64,000 nucleotides of DNA from Myxococcota bacterium (GCA_039794265.1 JBDIVR010000002.1:145146-209145), one strand, 5' to 3'. Counted from the stretch's first letter, positions 11,519-25,286 are shown. The notes: generated from the sequence alone by a model not told the origin. Translations and numbers: made by a program.

Positions 11519-12825
11519 TCGGAGGCGTCCAGAACATCGGCCGAGTGCCCGAGCTGCAGAAGCGCATCCTGTTCACGTTCGGGATGCTCATCGTGTATCG
11601 GCTCGGGGCGCACATCGTCACGCCGGGGATCAATCCGGAGGTGATCCGGACGTTCTTCGAGCAGATGGGCGGAACGATGTTCGGGCTCTTCAACCTGTTT
11701 TCGGGCGGAGCCCTCGAGCAGCTGTCGATCTTCGCGCTCGGCATCATGCCGTACATCAGCGCGTCGATCATCTTCCAGCTGCTCACGGTGGTGATCCCGC
11801 AGCTGGAACAGCTGCAGAAGGAAGGGGACCAGGGGCGCCGGAAGATCACGCAGTGGACCCGCTATGCGACGGTCGTGATCGCGCTCGTCCAGGGGCTGCT
11901 GCTGTCGTTCGCTCTCGAGAACGGGCAGTTCGGCGAAGGCGCAGTCGTCGAGGCGGGGTGGAGCTTCCGGCTCATGATGATGCTGACCCTGACCACGGGG
12001 ACGGCCTTCATCATGTGGCTCGGAGAGCAGATCACCGAGCGGGGAATCGGCAACGGAATCTCCCTGGTGATCTTCTCGGGGATCGTCGTCAGCATTCCGT
12101 CGGCATTGGCGTCGCTGACGGAGCTGATCCGGACCGACCAGTTCACGCTGCTCGGCGGCCTCCTGATCATGGTTTTCGCGGTCCTGGTCACCGGCTTCGT
12201 GGTCTACTGCGAACGCGCGCAGCGCCGGATTCCGATCCAGCACGCGCGGCGGGTCGTCGGCCGGCGCGTGATGCAGGGGGGGATGAGCTACTTCCCGCTC
12301 CGCCTCAATACGGCCGGCGTGATTCCGCCGATCTTCGCGTCTTCGATCCTGATGTTCCCGCTGACGATCACACAGTTCGTCGAATCGGAGACGATCAACA
12401 ACTTCTTCAGCGACTACCTGAGCTTCGGAAGCACGCTCTACAACGTCATCTACGTGGCGCTGATCATGTTCTTCGCCTTCTTCTACACCGCGATCGTGAT
12501 CAATCCGAACGATGTCGCGGACAACATCAAGCGATCGGGCGCCTACATCCCGGGCATCCGGCCCGGCAAGCGCACCGCGGAGTACATCGACCGGATCCTC
12601 GGCCGCCTGACGTTGCTCGGCGGGATCTACGTATCGGCCGTCTGCGTGATGCCGGTTCTCCTCTCGAACCAGGTCGGCGTGCCGTTCTACTTCGGCGGGA
12701 CCGCGCTGCTGATCGTCGTGGGCGTCGCTCTCGACACAGTCGGTCAGGTCGAGGCTCATCTCGTCTCGCGTCAGTACGAGGGCTTCGTGAAGGGCACCCG
12801 CCTGCGGGGGAGGCTCGGCCGATGA
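11515..12825 (+). CDS. secY: Preprotein translocase subunit SecY
   Basis: GTG start overlapping the rplO stop. ELQKRILFTFGMLIVYRLGAHIVTPGIN...LGIMPYISASIIFQLL; multi-TM, 436 aa. Confidence 0.97.
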   Translation: MIGGVQNIGRVPELQKRILFTFGMLIVYRLGAHIVTPGINPEVIRTFFEQMGGTMFGLFNLFSGGALEQLSIFALGIMPYISASIIFQLLTVVIPQLEQLQKEGDQGRRKITQWTRYATVVIALVQGLLLSFALENGQFGEGAVVEAGWSFRLMMMLTLTTGTAFIMWLGEQITERGIGNGISLVIFSGIVVSIPSALASLTELIRTDQFTLLGGLLIMVFAVLVTGFVVYCERAQRRIPIQHARRVVGRRVMQGGMSYFPLRLNTAGVIPPIFASSILMFPLTITQFVESETINNFFSDYLSFGSTLYNVIYVALIMFFAFFYTAIVINPNDVADNIKRSGAYIPGIRPGKRTAEYIDRILGRLTLLGGIYVSAVCVMPVLLSNQVGVPFYFGGTALLIVVGVALDTVGQVEAHLVSRQYEGFVKGTRLRGRLGR

Positions 12826-13394
12826 CCGCGACGCGGCTGCTGCTGCTGGGCCCGCCGGGGTCGGGCAAGGGGACCCAGGCAGAGCTGCTGGTTCGCCGGC
12901 TCGGGATTCCGCAGGTCGCGACGGGCGACATGCTACGCGCCGCGGTGCGTGCGGGAAGCGACGTCGGCCGGCAGGCGCAGGGCTTCATGGATCGGGGCGA
13001 GCTGGTCCCCGACGAGGTCGTGATCCGCGTTGCCGAGGAGCGCTTGCGCAAACCGGACGCGACCAAGGGCTTCATCCTGGACGGGTTTCCGCGGACGCCG
13101 GCGCAGGCAGAGGCGCTGGACGAGATGCTCGGCCGTCTCGACGTCGGGCTCGAGCGGTGCCTCGCGCTGCGTGTCGACGAGGACGAGCTGGTCGCCCGCC
13201 TGCTCCGGCGCGCCGAGCTCGAAGGCCGCAGCGACGACAACGAGGCGACGATTCGCACGCGCATGCGGGTCTATCGCGAGAAGACCCAGCCGCTCGTCGA
13301 CTACTACGCCCAGCGGGGCGTCCTGCAGGAGGTCGAGGGAGAAGGAAGCATCGAGGCCGTGGCCGCCCGGATCGAGGAGGCGCTGCGGTCGTGA
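12822..13394 (+). CDS. adk: Adenylate kinase
   Basis: ATG 12822 overlaps the secY stop. LLLLGPPGSGKGTQAELLVRRLGIPQVATGDMLRAAV...ILDGFPRTPAQAEALD. It is the short-lid type with no Cys4 zinc lid. Confidence 0.95.
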   Translation: MTATRLLLLGPPGSGKGTQAELLVRRLGIPQVATGDMLRAAVRAGSDVGRQAQGFMDRGELVPDEVVIRVAEERLRKPDATKGFILDGFPRTPAQAEALDEMLGRLDVGLERCLALRVDEDELVARLLRRAELEGRSDDNEATIRTRMRVYREKTQPLVDYYAQRGVLQEVEGEGSIEAVAARIEEALRS

Positions 13395-14182
13395 TGGCCC
13401 TGGGGGAGTCGATCCGCATCAAGACACGACGCGAGATCGAAGCGATGCGCGTCGCGGGCGCCCATGTCGGAGAGATCCTGCTCGAGCTGCGGGATCTCGC
13501 GAAGCCTGGCCTGACGACGGGGGAGCTCGACGCGCACGCCCGCCGAGCCATCGAGAAGCGCCGCCTCGACTCCTCGTTTCTCGGCTATGGTCCGCACGGC
13601 CTGCCGCCGTATCCCGCGGTGCTCTGCGTTTCGGTGAACGAGGAGATCGTTCACGGCATTCCGGGCCGTCGCGAGCTGAAGGAAGGAGACGTCCTCTCGC
13701 TGGACTTCGGGGTCTCCTGCGAGGGCTACCACGGCGATTCGGCCTTCACGATGCCGCTCGGGCCGGTCAGCAACGAAGTCGCGAAACTGATCGAGACGAC
13801 GCGAGAGTCCCTGGATCTGGCGATCGAGAAGATGGTCCCGGGCAACCGGCTCTCGGACATCGGACACGCGGTACAAGAGAAGGTCGAGCAGGATGGCTTC
13901 TCGGTGGTTCGCCAGTTCGTCGGGCACGGGATCGGCCGCGAGATGCACGAACCGCCGCAGGTTCCCAACTACGGGCCGTCCGGCCGCGGGCCGCGCCTGA
14001 AGCCGGGGATGGTGCTTGCGATCGAGCCGATGGTCACGGCCGGTGGCCCCGACGTGCGCATGCTGGACGATGAGTGGACCGCCGTGACGGCCGATGGTTC
14101 GTTGGCGGCTCACTTCGAACACACGATCCTGGTGACCGAATCGCACCCCGTGGTGTTGACGAGGGTTCCTGGTTCGCATTGA
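13394..14182 (+). CDS. map: Type I methionine aminopeptidase
   Basis: ATG 13394 overlaps the adk stop. IKTRREIEAMRVAGAHV...VNEEIVHGIP...GYHGDSAFT...GHGIGREMHEPPQVPNY...EPMV...HFEHTILVT. Confidence 0.95.
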   Translation: MALGESIRIKTRREIEAMRVAGAHVGEILLELRDLAKPGLTTGELDAHARRAIEKRRLDSSFLGYGPHGLPPYPAVLCVSVNEEIVHGIPGRRELKEGDVLSLDFGVSCEGYHGDSAFTMPLGPVSNEVAKLIETTRESLDLAIEKMVPGNRLSDIGHAVQEKVEQDGFSVVRQFVGHGIGREMHEPPQVPNYGPSGRGPRLKPGMVLAIEPMVTAGGPDVRMLDDEWTAVTADGSLAAHFEHTILVTESHPVVLTRVPGSH

Positions 14183-14224
14183 CGAAGACCTCCCGGATCG
14201 AATGACGGGAATCGAGAGGGCGAG

Positions 14225-14338
14225 ATGAAGGTCCGCGCATCCGTGAAGAAGATCTGCGACAAGTGCCGGGTGATCCGGCGCAAGGGGGTCGTTCGCATCA
14301 TCTGCGAGAATCCCAAGCACAAGCAGCGACAGGGTTAG
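14225..14338 (+). CDS. rpmJ: 50S ribosomal protein bL36
   Basis: Hand-translated 37-aa ORF: [37 protein letters not shown] (Cys-containing zinc-ribbon type). It lies 42 nt after map. Confidence 0.93.
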   Translation: MKVRASVKKICDKCRVIRRKGVVRIICENPKHKQRQG

Positions 14339-14348
14339 GAGGGCTTCC

Positions 14349-14732
14349 ATGGCACGCATCGCCGGCATCGACCTGCCGCGCAGCAAACAGCTCGGGGTCG
14401 CGCTGACCTATATCCACGGGATCGGTCAGACGTCCGCCCGCGCGATCTGCGCAAAGGCAGACATCGACGTCACCGTGAAGACCGACCAGCTCAGCGACGG
14501 CGACGTCGTACGACTGCGCGAGATCATCGAGAACGACTTCAAAGTCGAGGGAGATCTCCGGCGCGAGGTCCAGCAGAGCATCAAGGAACTGATGGACATC
14601 GGTTGCTACCGCGGCCTCCGGCATCGACGGGGTCTGCCCGTCCGCGGCCAGCGGACTCACACCAACGCGCGCACCCGGAAGGGTCCTGCGAAGACGGTCG
14701 CCGGCAAGAAGAAGACGCCGGCGAAGAAGTAA
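14349..14732 (+). CDS. rpsM: 30S ribosomal protein uS13
   Basis: [37 protein letters not shown]...[28 protein letters not shown]. Confidence 0.97.
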   Translation: MARIAGIDLPRSKQLGVALTYIHGIGQTSARAICAKADIDVTVKTDQLSDGDVVRLREIIENDFKVEGDLRREVQQSIKELMDIGCYRGLRHRRGLPVRGQRTHTNARTRKGPAKTVAGKKKTPAKK

Positions 14733-14747
14733 GGAAGCGAGGAACGA

Positions 14748-15128
14748 GTGGCTCAGGGCGCCAAGAAGAAGGTCAGGAAAAACGTCGCGGCGGGATTCGC
14801 ACACATCCAGTCGACGTTCAACAATACCGTGGTGACCATCACGGATCCGGCGGGCAACGCGCTCGCGTGGTCGAGCTGCGGCCAGCAGGGATTCAAGGGC
14901 TCGCGCAAGTCGACGCCTTTCGCTGCGCAGGTGGCCGCCGAGGACTGCGCGAAAAAGGCGATGGAGCACGGCATGCGCTCGGTCACCGTCTTCGTGAAGG
15001 GTCCGGGGGCCGGTCGAGAGTCTGCCCTCCGGGCGCTCAGCGCCACGGGTCTGCGGATCAACATGATCCGCGACGTCACACCGATTCCGCACAATGGCTG
15101 CCGGCCGCCCAAGCGCCGCCGGGTCTAG
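14748..15128 (+). CDS. rpsK: 30S ribosomal protein uS11
   Basis: GTG start; [46 protein letters not shown]...[20 protein letters not shown]. Confidence 0.96.
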   Translation: MAQGAKKKVRKNVAAGFAHIQSTFNNTVVTITDPAGNALAWSSCGQQGFKGSRKSTPFAAQVAAEDCAKKAMEHGMRSVTVFVKGPGAGRESALRALSATGLRINMIRDVTPIPHNGCRPPKRRRV

Positions 15129-15137
15129 GAGGGGAAC

Positions 15138-15764
15138 ATGTCCCGCTACATCGGGCCCGTTTGTCGGCAGTGCCGGCGCGAAGGCACCAAGCTGTTCCTG
15201 AAGGGCGATCGCTGCTTCACCGAGAAGTGCGGTGTCGAGCGGCGTGCGTATCCGCCGGGTCAGCATGGCCAGGGGCGCACACGCGTCTCTGACTACGGCC
15301 TGCAGCTGCGCGAGAAGCAGAAGGTGAAGCGCATGTACGGCCTCCAGGAGGCCCAGTTCCGTCTGGCCATGGGATCCGCGACCCGCATGCGGGGTCGCGC
15401 GGGTGAGAACCTGCTCTCGCTGCTCGAGCGGCGCCTCGACAACGTCGTGTTCCGGCTGGGTTTCGCGACCTCGCGCGCCGAGGCGCGCCAGTTGGTTCGT
15501 CACGGGCACTTCGAGGTCGAGGGCAGCAAGGTGGACATCCCGTCGTTCCGGGTGAAGGCCGGCACGAGGGTGCGCCTGCGCGAGAAGTCCCGGCAGATCG
15601 CGCGCATCACGGAGGCCCTCGCGGTGCTCGAGCGCCGCAGCCTGCCGGGCTGGCTCGAACTCGACAGCGAGAACTTCGAGGGGGTGGTGAAGGCGCTGCC
15701 GACGCGCGAGGACATCACCATGCCGATCCAGGAGCAGCTGATCGTCGAGCTCTATTCTCGCTGA
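15138..15764 (+). CDS. rpsD: 30S ribosomal protein uS4
   Basis: [31 protein letters not shown]...[16 protein letters not shown]...[29 protein letters not shown]. Confidence 0.97.
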   Translation: MSRYIGPVCRQCRREGTKLFLKGDRCFTEKCGVERRAYPPGQHGQGRTRVSDYGLQLREKQKVKRMYGLQEAQFRLAMGSATRMRGRAGENLLSLLERRLDNVVFRLGFATSRAEARQLVRHGHFEVEGSKVDIPSFRVKAGTRVRLREKSRQIARITEALAVLERRSLPGWLELDSENFEGVVKALPTREDITMPIQEQLIVELYSR

Positions 15765-15812
15765 CCCGAGGTGTCCCGCAGCCGCGGGCAAGCCTCGAAA
15801 GGGAGCAGATCC

Positions 15813-16841
<1,029 letters not shown>

Positions 16842-16842
16842 G

Positions 16843-17376
16843 ATGAGACATCGTTGGGGCGGGCGAAAGCTCGGGCGCACGACGGCCCACCGGAGCGCCA
16901 TGCTGCGCAACATGGTGACCGCGTTGCTCGAGCACGAAAAGATCGAGACGACGGACGCCAAGGCCAAGGAAGTCCGGCGCGTCGCCGAACGGATGATCAC
17001 GCTCGGGAAGCGCGGGGATCTGCATGCGCGGCGGATGGCGCTGCGTGTCGTGCGTACGAAGGAAGTGACGGCGAAGCTCTTCGACGAGCTGGCACCGCGA
17101 TTCCGGGAGCGTCCGGGCGGCTACACGCGGGTGCTCAAGGTGCGACGCCGCGCCGGCGATGCGGCTCCGATGTCGATGGTCGAGCTGGTCGATCGAGAGT
17201 GGAACCCGAGTGCGGCGAAGGACGAGACGGCCGAGGCGAAGGCCGGGCGCGCCAAGGGGAAGACGAAGGCCGCGGCGGAAGGGGAGACCCCCAAACCGCG
17301 CCGCCGGACCAAGGCGACGGCTGCGGGCAGTGCCGGCGCCGCCAAGCCGGCCAGGCCTCGCCGCGCCAAGGTCTAG
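16843..17376 (+). CDS. rplQ: 50S ribosomal protein bL17 with a Lys/Ala/Pro-rich C-terminal extension
   Basis: ATG 16843; [56 protein letters not shown]. At 177 aa it is about 50 aa longer than typical bL17. Confidence 0.93.
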   Translation: MRHRWGGRKLGRTTAHRSAMLRNMVTALLEHEKIETTDAKAKEVRRVAERMITLGKRGDLHARRMALRVVRTKEVTAKLFDELAPRFRERPGGYTRVLKVRRRAGDAAPMSMVELVDREWNPSAAKDETAEAKAGRAKGKTKAAAEGETPKPRRRTKATAAGSAGAAKPARPRRAKV

Positions 17377-17382
17377 CCGCCA

Positions 17383-17937
17383 TTGGGTTCGCGCGCGGCC
17401 GGCATTGCCGCCACGCTGCTCGTGGCCGCCATCGTGTTCGCTGCGTTGTGGGCGACGGGCCCGCCGCCGGAGCCGATCCGTCCCGGCCAGCCGGCGCCGG
17501 CGTTCACGTTGCCGCTGCTCGCCGACGGCCGACCGACCGCCCTCTCGGACCTGAGGGGTCGGGTCGTGCTGCTGAACTTCTGGGCCACCTGGTGCAAGCC
17601 CTGCGAGGACGAGATGCCGGCGATGGAGCGGCTCTACACGGAGCTCGCTGGTCCGGGCTTCGAGATGCTTGCCGTGTCGGTGGATGCCGGTCGTGACGAG
17701 GTCGAGGCATTTCAGAAGCGTCTCGGCGTGACGTTTCCGATCCTGCTGGATCCAGCCAAACGAGTCTCGGAGGCGTATCAAACCTATCGCTTCCCCGAGA
17801 CCTTCCTGATCGATCGCGAGGGCCGAATCCTGGCTCGCTACATCGGACCGCGAGACTGGAATGCCGCCGTGTACCGAGACCGGATCCGGCGGCTGGTGAG
17901 CGGGGAAGCCATCGGCGCGGACAGTGCGCCCCCGTAG
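17383..17937 (+). CDS. TlpA/ResA-like membrane-anchored thiol:disulfide oxidoreductase
   Basis: N-terminal TM helix and a thioredoxin fold with the FWATWCKPCEDEMP (CxxC) motif. The TTG start at 17383 is uncertain. Confidence 0.8.
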   Translation: MGSRAAGIAATLLVAAIVFAALWATGPPPEPIRPGQPAPAFTLPLLADGRPTALSDLRGRVVLLNFWATWCKPCEDEMPAMERLYTELAGPGFEMLAVSVDAGRDEVEAFQKRLGVTFPILLDPAKRVSEAYQTYRFPETFLIDREGRILARYIGPRDWNAAVYRDRIRRLVSGEAIGADSAPP

Positions 17938-18017
17938 CGGGTCTGGCCCGCCATCGCGAGCGGACACGCCGCGCGCATCCTGCTAGCGTCTACCGACCTC
18001 CCCGTCCCGGGAGAGAC

Positions 18018-18332
18018 GTGCGCCCGCTAATCGTTGCCATCCTGCTCGTCGCCGGAGCGGCTCTCTGGGCCTGGCTCGACGCTGCCGATGGGATCGAGAC
18101 GTGGCGGCGGCTTCGCAGCGAAGTCGCCGAGGCACAGGAGCGGGTCGGACGAGCCGCCGAGCGCAACGGCACTCTGCGTGCGGAGATCGAAGGGCTCCGC
18201 TCCGACCCGTTCGAACAGGAGCGCGCGGTGCGCGAGGAGCTGCGCTGGTCGCGGCCCGGCGAGACCGTACTGCGGGTTCCGCGCCAGGACGCGCCGGTCA
18301 CATCGCGAAGTGCGCGTTCGTCGGTTCCTTGA
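18018..18332 (+). CDS. Septum formation initiator (FtsB/DivIC-like) protein
   Basis: GTG start with RBS GGGAGAG. It has an N-terminal TM helix, a coiled coil, and the DPFEQERAVREELRWSRPGETVLRV motif typical of FtsB/DivIC. Confidence 0.65.
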   Translation: MRPLIVAILLVAGAALWAWLDAADGIETWRRLRSEVAEAQERVGRAAERNGTLRAEIEGLRSDPFEQERAVREELRWSRPGETVLRVPRQDAPVTSRSARSSVP

Positions 18333-18365
18333 CTGCCTTCGTCGCGGAGGGAATGTTCCCCAGCC

Positions 18366-20099
18366 ATGCGCGAACGCCTGCGCCGAGTGCTCGACGATCG
18401 CCTCGCGGCCGTGCTGCGGGAAGCCGGCGACATCGACAGGGTTCCCGAGTTCGCGCTCGAGGCCCCTCGTCAGGCCGAGCACGGCGACTTTGCGTGCAAC
18501 GCCGCGATGCTCGTCGCGAAGCGGATGCGTCAACCCCCTCGGGTCGTCGCAGAGCGTTTGATCGAAGCACTCGGGAACGCTGGGGGTCTCCTGTCCCGCG
18601 CAGAGGTCGCAGGTCCTGGCTTCCTCAACTTGTGGATTGCCGACACCGAGTGGCAAGCCAGCCTGTCGACGATCCTGCGCGCCGGCGAGGCCTTCGGGCG
18701 CGCCAAGTCCGTCGGGGGACCCCGGACCCAGATCGAGTTCGTCTCGGCCAACCCGACCGGGCCGCTCACGCTCGGACACGGGCGCCAAGCGGTCCTCGGT
18801 GACTGCATCGCGCGGCTGCTCGAGGCCACCGGTCAGCAAGTGACCCGCGAGTACTACTTCAACGACGGGGGCCGCCAGATGCGTGTCCTCGGGCAGTCGG
18901 TGAAGGCGCGCTACCTGGAGCAGCTGGGACTTGCGGCGCCGCCTCCGGCCGAAGCGCTCGTCGACGCCGGGGCGTCCTGGCCGGAGAGGATCGACAGCTT
19001 GCCGGTGGTCTTCCCGCGCGATGGCTATCAGGGCGAATACATCGCCGAGATCGCGGCTGAGCTGCGCTTCCGCGACGGGGATTCGCTGGCCGAAGAGCCG
19101 GCCGAAGGCGTGTTCCGGGAAGCGGCGCAGAAGCGGATCTTCGCTGAGATCGAGGCGACGCTGACAGCCCTCGGGATCCGCTTCGATGTCTACACCAACG
19201 AGAAGAGCTTCTACGAGACGGGCGAGCTCGACCGCGTGCTGGCCGAGCTGCGCAGCCAGGACCTCGTCTACGAGCACGAGGGCGCCGTATGGCTACGCGC
19301 GACGGCGCTCGGACTCGATCGCGACCGGGTGCTCGTCAAGAGTTCGGGAGAGCCGACCTACCTGCTGCCGGACATCGCCTATCACCGCGACAAGTTCCGT
19401 CGCGGCTTCGAGCGGATCATCGACGTGCAGGGAGCCGATCACATCGAGCAGTTTCCCTTCGTTCGCGCCGCCGTTCGCGCACTCGGCTGCGACCCGGAGC
19501 GCATCGAGCTGGTGATGCATCAGTTCGTGACGCTGACGAGCGGCGGGCAGCAGCTGAAACAGTCTACGCGTCGCGCGAACTACGTGACCGTCGACGAGCT
19601 GCTCGCGCAGGTCGGCGCCGACGTGTTCCGGTTCTTCATGGTGCAGCGCAAGGCGGAGGGGCACCTCGACTTCGACCTCGATCTCGCGAAGGAACGCGAC
19701 TGGAAGAAGAATCCCGCGTACTACGTCCAGTACGCGCATGCTCGAACCTGGGGCATCGAGCGCAAGGTGATCGAGCAGGGGGCGGCGATGCCGGCGGTCG
19801 ATGCCATCGACCCGACTCCGCTGGTGCTGCCCGAGGAGCTGGCGCTGATCCGCAGGCTGACGGAGTTTCCGGCGGTCGTGGCGCAGGCCGCGGCAGCGCG
19901 CGAGCCACATCACATCGCCTACTACTTGCGCGATGTAGCGGGACTCTGGAATCCCTATGTCCAGGATGGAACGCGGCACCGCGTGTTGTCCGATGACGCG
20001 GCGCTGAGCGCCGCTCGCCTCGCGCTCACGCTGGCAGTCCGAACCGTGTTGGCGAGCGGTCTCCGGCTGCTCGGCCTCTCCGCACCGGAGCGCATGTGA
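18366..20099 (+). CDS. argS: Arginine--tRNA ligase
   Basis: HGDFACNAAMLVAKR, SANPTGPLTLGHGR (HIGH-like) and the DALR anticodon-binding C-terminus; 577 aa. Confidence 0.95.
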   Translation: MRERLRRVLDDRLAAVLREAGDIDRVPEFALEAPRQAEHGDFACNAAMLVAKRMRQPPRVVAERLIEALGNAGGLLSRAEVAGPGFLNLWIADTEWQASLSTILRAGEAFGRAKSVGGPRTQIEFVSANPTGPLTLGHGRQAVLGDCIARLLEATGQQVTREYYFNDGGRQMRVLGQSVKARYLEQLGLAAPPPAEALVDAGASWPERIDSLPVVFPRDGYQGEYIAEIAAELRFRDGDSLAEEPAEGVFREAAQKRIFAEIEATLTALGIRFDVYTNEKSFYETGELDRVLAELRSQDLVYEHEGAVWLRATALGLDRDRVLVKSSGEPTYLLPDIAYHRDKFRRGFERIIDVQGADHIEQFPFVRAAVRALGCDPERIELVMHQFVTLTSGGQQLKQSTRRANYVTVDELLAQVGADVFRFFMVQRKAEGHLDFDLDLAKERDWKKNPAYYVQYAHARTWGIERKVIEQGAAMPAVDAIDPTPLVLPEELALIRRLTEFPAVVAQAAAAREPHHIAYYLRDVAGLWNPYVQDGTRHRVLSDDAALSAARLALTLAVRTVLASGLRLLGLSAPERM

Positions 20100-20668
20100 G
20101 CGAGGAGGTTCCGACGCGCGATCGCCGCGCTCGCCGCCGCGGCCCGGGTCTCGGATCCGCGCTGCTGGGCGGCGGGCTGCTGATCGCGCTGGGCTTCGGA
20201 CTCGGCGTGGTCGCGGGTCTGATCCTCGAAGAACCGGATCTGATGCTCGACTACGCCGCCGGTCGTACGCAGGCCGTGGCACTCGAGGGCAGCGCGGGAT
20301 CGGGCGACTTCCGACCGCCCGCGGCCGCGATCCCGGACGTCGCGGCGAGGCCGCCGCAGGCGCCCGCGGCGCAGGATCCTGCCAACCTCCCGGATGTCGC
20401 CCGAGGGACTCCCGTCGTCGACGCGCCGGCCGGCTTCGCTGTGCAAGTCGGTGCGTTCTCGGAGGCTCCGGCCGCGGAGCTGCTCGCCCGGCGCCTTCGG
20501 GACCGTGGCTTGCCGGTCTACGTGGCGCCTGCCGTGAGCGGAGAAGCGGAACGGTGGCGCGTGCGCGTGGGTCCAGTGGCATCGCGCGAGGAGGCTGACC
20601 AGCTCGCCCGACGCCTCGAGCGCGACGAGCAGCTCGCCACCTGGGTGCTGGCCGAGAAACCGCTCTGA
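20096..20668 (+). CDS. SPOR domain-containing membrane protein
   Basis: TM helix, a Pro/Ala-rich linker, and a C-terminal SPOR domain (FAVQVGAFSEAPAAELLARRLRDRGLPVYVAP...RWRVRVGPVASREEADQLARRL). The GTG start overlaps the argS stop. Confidence 0.8.
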   Translation: MSEEVPTRDRRARRRGPGLGSALLGGGLLIALGFGLGVVAGLILEEPDLMLDYAAGRTQAVALEGSAGSGDFRPPAAAIPDVAARPPQAPAAQDPANLPDVARGTPVVDAPAGFAVQVGAFSEAPAAELLARRLRDRGLPVYVAPAVSGEAERWRVRVGPVASREEADQLARRLERDEQLATWVLAEKPL

Positions 20669-20670
20669 CC

Positions 20671-21612
20671 ATGACTGCCCCGGTTCGGGCGCGTCGCTGG
20701 TTGGTCACCGGCGCCGGCGGGCAGCTCGGGCGCTGTCTCGTCGAGCAACTTCGCGAGCACCCGCGCCACGAGCTCCTGGCCGGCTTCGGCCACGCAGAGC
20801 TGGACGTCGCCGACCGCGAGGCGGTTCGTCGCGCTCTCCTCGGGAGCCCCAGCGGGCCGCCGGACGTCGTCGTGAACGCCGCCGCGATGACCCACGTCGA
20901 TCGCTGCGAGAGCGAGCCCGACGCCGCCTGGCGGGTCAACGCGCTCGCGCCTGGCCTGCTGGCAGAAGCCTGTCGCGAGGCCGGCGCCACGCTCGTGCAC
21001 ATGTCGACGGACTATGTCTTCGCCGGAACGGCGGAGCGTCCGTATCGCGAGGACGATCCGACGGATCCTCGCTCCGTCTATGGGCGCACCAAGAGGGAAG
21101 GGGAGTTGCGTGCGCAGGAGGCGTGCGCCGAGACGCTGATCGTACGGACCGCGTGGTTGTTCGGCCCGGGGCAGAACTTCATTCGCACGATCCTCGCCGC
21201 CGCAGACCGCGCCTTGCGCGGAGACGGACCGGCGCTGCGCGTCGTCGATGACCAGCGGGGGTCGCCGACGTGGGCCGGGCACCTCGCGAGCGGCACGATC
21301 GCGCTGGTGGAGGCGAGGGCGCTCGGACCGTATCATCTGGCGAATTCCGGATCGGCGACCTGGTGGGGCCTCGCCCGCGCTGCCGTCGACGCCTGGGGTC
21401 ATACGGAGCTGCCGATCCTGAAGGTCACGACCGCAGAGTTCCCGCGCCCGGCGCCGCGCCCGAGCTGGTCGGTGCTGGATCTCGGCAAGGCGCGGCGGGC
21501 TGGCGTTTCGCTGCCCACGTGGCAAGAGGGGCTCCGCGCCTACCTTCTCTCGCCTGCGTCACCGATCGCGGCGCTCTCGTTCCTCACTCCGCAGACAGGA
21601 GAAAACCCATGA
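20671..21612 (+). CDS. rfbD: dTDP-4-dehydrorhamnose reductase
   Basis: [11 protein letters not shown] Rossmann motif, [18 protein letters not shown] and YGRTKREGE (YxxxK); RmlD-like length. Confidence 0.85.
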   Translation: MTAPVRARRWLVTGAGGQLGRCLVEQLREHPRHELLAGFGHAELDVADREAVRRALLGSPSGPPDVVVNAAAMTHVDRCESEPDAAWRVNALAPGLLAEACREAGATLVHMSTDYVFAGTAERPYREDDPTDPRSVYGRTKREGELRAQEACAETLIVRTAWLFGPGQNFIRTILAAADRALRGDGPALRVVDDQRGSPTWAGHLASGTIALVEARALGPYHLANSGSATWWGLARAAVDAWGHTELPILKVTTAEFPRPAPRPSWSVLDLGKARRAGVSLPTWQEGLRAYLLSPASPIAALSFLTPQTGENP

Positions 21613-22573
21613 GTGCTCGTTCGTTTCGGCGCGTGCTGGTCACAGGGGGGGCCGGCTTCCTCGGCTCGCATCTCTGCGAACGTTTCCTGGCCGAGGGCTG
21701 CGAGGTGCTGTGCTTCGACAACCTGCTGACCGGGCGCATGGACAACGTCGCGCACCTGCTGGGGCACGAGCGGTTCTCGTTCGAGCACTACGACGTCACC
21801 AACCATCTCTACGTCGCCGGCCCGCTCGATGCCGTCCTGCATTTCGCGTCACCGGCAAGCCCGGCGGACTTCGAGCGCCTGCCGATCCAGATCCTGAAGG
21901 TCGGTTCGCTCGGAACCCACAAGGCGCTGGGACTCGCCAAGGCGAAGGGCGCGCGGTTCCTGCTGGCGAGTACGTCGGAGTGCTACGGCGATCCGGAGGT
22001 GAACCCGCAGCCGGAGAGCTACTGGGGCCACGTGAACCCGATCGGGATCCGGGGCGTCTACGACGAGGCCAAACGCTTCGCCGAGGCGATGACGATGGCC
22101 TACCACCGACACCACGGTGTGGATGTCCGGATCGTGCGGATCTTCAACACCTTCGGGCCGCGGATGCAGTTGCACGACGGTCGCGCGATCCCGAACTTCC
22201 TGTGCCAGGCCATTCGCGGGGAGCCGATCACCGTCTTCGGCGATGGCTCGCAGACGCGATCGTTCTGTTACGTCGACGACCTGATCGAGGGGATCCGGCG
22301 ACTGCTCGGCAGTGACTACGTGGGGCCGATGAACATCGGGAATCCCGAGGAGATGAGCCTGCTCCAGATGGCTCGGGCGATCCTCGCCGTGGCGGGCTCC
22401 TCGAGCGAGCTGGTCTTCCACGGCTTGCCGCCGGATGACCCGAAGGTGCGCCGCCCCGACATCGAGCTCGCGCGTCGCGAGCTCGGCTGGGAGCCTCGCG
22501 TATCGGTGGCGGAGGGTCTGCGGAGGACCCACGCCTGGTTCCAGGCGGCGCTCGCCGATCCGGAACGCGCCCC

Positions 22574-22577
<4 letters not shown>
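21609..22577 (+). CDS. UDP-glucuronate decarboxylase (UDP-xylose synthase)-like NAD-dependent epimerase/dehydratase
   Basis: The ATG overlaps the rfbD stop (ATGA). [37 protein letters not shown] and [10 protein letters not shown] are typical of UXS/ArnA-decarboxylase-type SDRs. Confidence 0.85.
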
Positions 22578-24372
<1,795 letters not shown>

Positions 24373-24376
<4 letters not shown>

Positions 24377-25182
24377 GTCCGGCAGCGGGTCGCGGGACCG
24401 AGGGCGCCGAGTCCCCGGCGCCTAAACCGTCCGTCTGGCGTCGCGGGTGGGAGCAGTTCGGGACGCTGCTGGTGGCGGTCCTCATCGCGCTGTCGATCCG
24501 CTCGTGTGTCATCGAGCCGTATCGGATCCCGTCCGGGTCGATGCTCCCCACGCTGCTGATCGGCGATCACCTGTTCGTCAACAAGTTTGTCTACGGGGTG
24601 AAGATTCCCTTCACGGCGGTGCGGCTCCCGGGTCTGCGCGAGCCACGGCGCGGCGATGTCGTCGTATTCGACGTCGCGCGCGATTCCCATGGCGGCATCT
24701 ATCCGGCGGACCAGCGTCCGGAGCTCCCGAGCGACCGCTTCGTCAAGCGGATCGTCGCCTTGCCGGGAGACACCGTGGAGCTCCGGGGCTCGGAGCTCTG
24801 GATCAACGGCGAGCGCGTGCCCGTCGAGGTGACGCAGGAGACCTTCGCGGACGAAATGGGTCGCGAGCTGCGCCTCGCGCACGAGCAGCTCGACGGCCAT
24901 CCCCACCGCATTCTCGACGATCCGAGCCGGACGGGTCCCGAGCGCCCGCCGGTGACGCTTCCACCCGGCCGATACTTCTTGATGGGCGACAACCGGGACC
25001 ATTCGAACGACAGCCGGTACTGGGGCACCGTGCGGCTCGCCGAGATGAAAGGTCCCGCGTTCCTGCTCTATTGGTCTTGGGATTGGAACGGCCCTTGGAC
25101 CGACCTTCTCGACCCCCTGCACTGGTGGGATCTGCTCACGGACAAGATGCGCTGGGACCGGATCGGAGAAGGCATCCGGTAG
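24373..25182 (+). CDS. lepB: Signal peptidase I
   Basis: [21 protein letters not shown] (catalytic Ser), KRIVALPGD, and [14 protein letters not shown]. The start is uncertain; the proposed TTG 24373 overlaps the lepA stop. Confidence 0.85.
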
Positions 25183-25256
25183 CGGCGACCTCTTCCGCCG
25201 AGCCGGTCGGGATGGCGAGGGTTGGGGCGCCACCGGGATGGTCTCCAGCGAGAGAC

Positions 25257-25286
25257 TTGACGAACCCATCGATCGACCGGTAGTTT
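25257..25286 (+). promoter_or_regulatory. Candidate sigma70-type promoter of the pyr operon
   Basis: TTGACG (25257-25262), an 18-nt spacer, then TAGTTT (25281-25286). It lies in the 159-nt gap between lepB and pyrR. Pattern match only. Confidence 0.3.

Noticed and set aside
14183-14224. infA (IF-1) is missing between map and rpmJ.
   Set aside because: Unlike L3, L24 and S14, infA is unlinked from the spc/alpha cluster in many bacteria (for example E. coli). Its absence here is not informative on its own.
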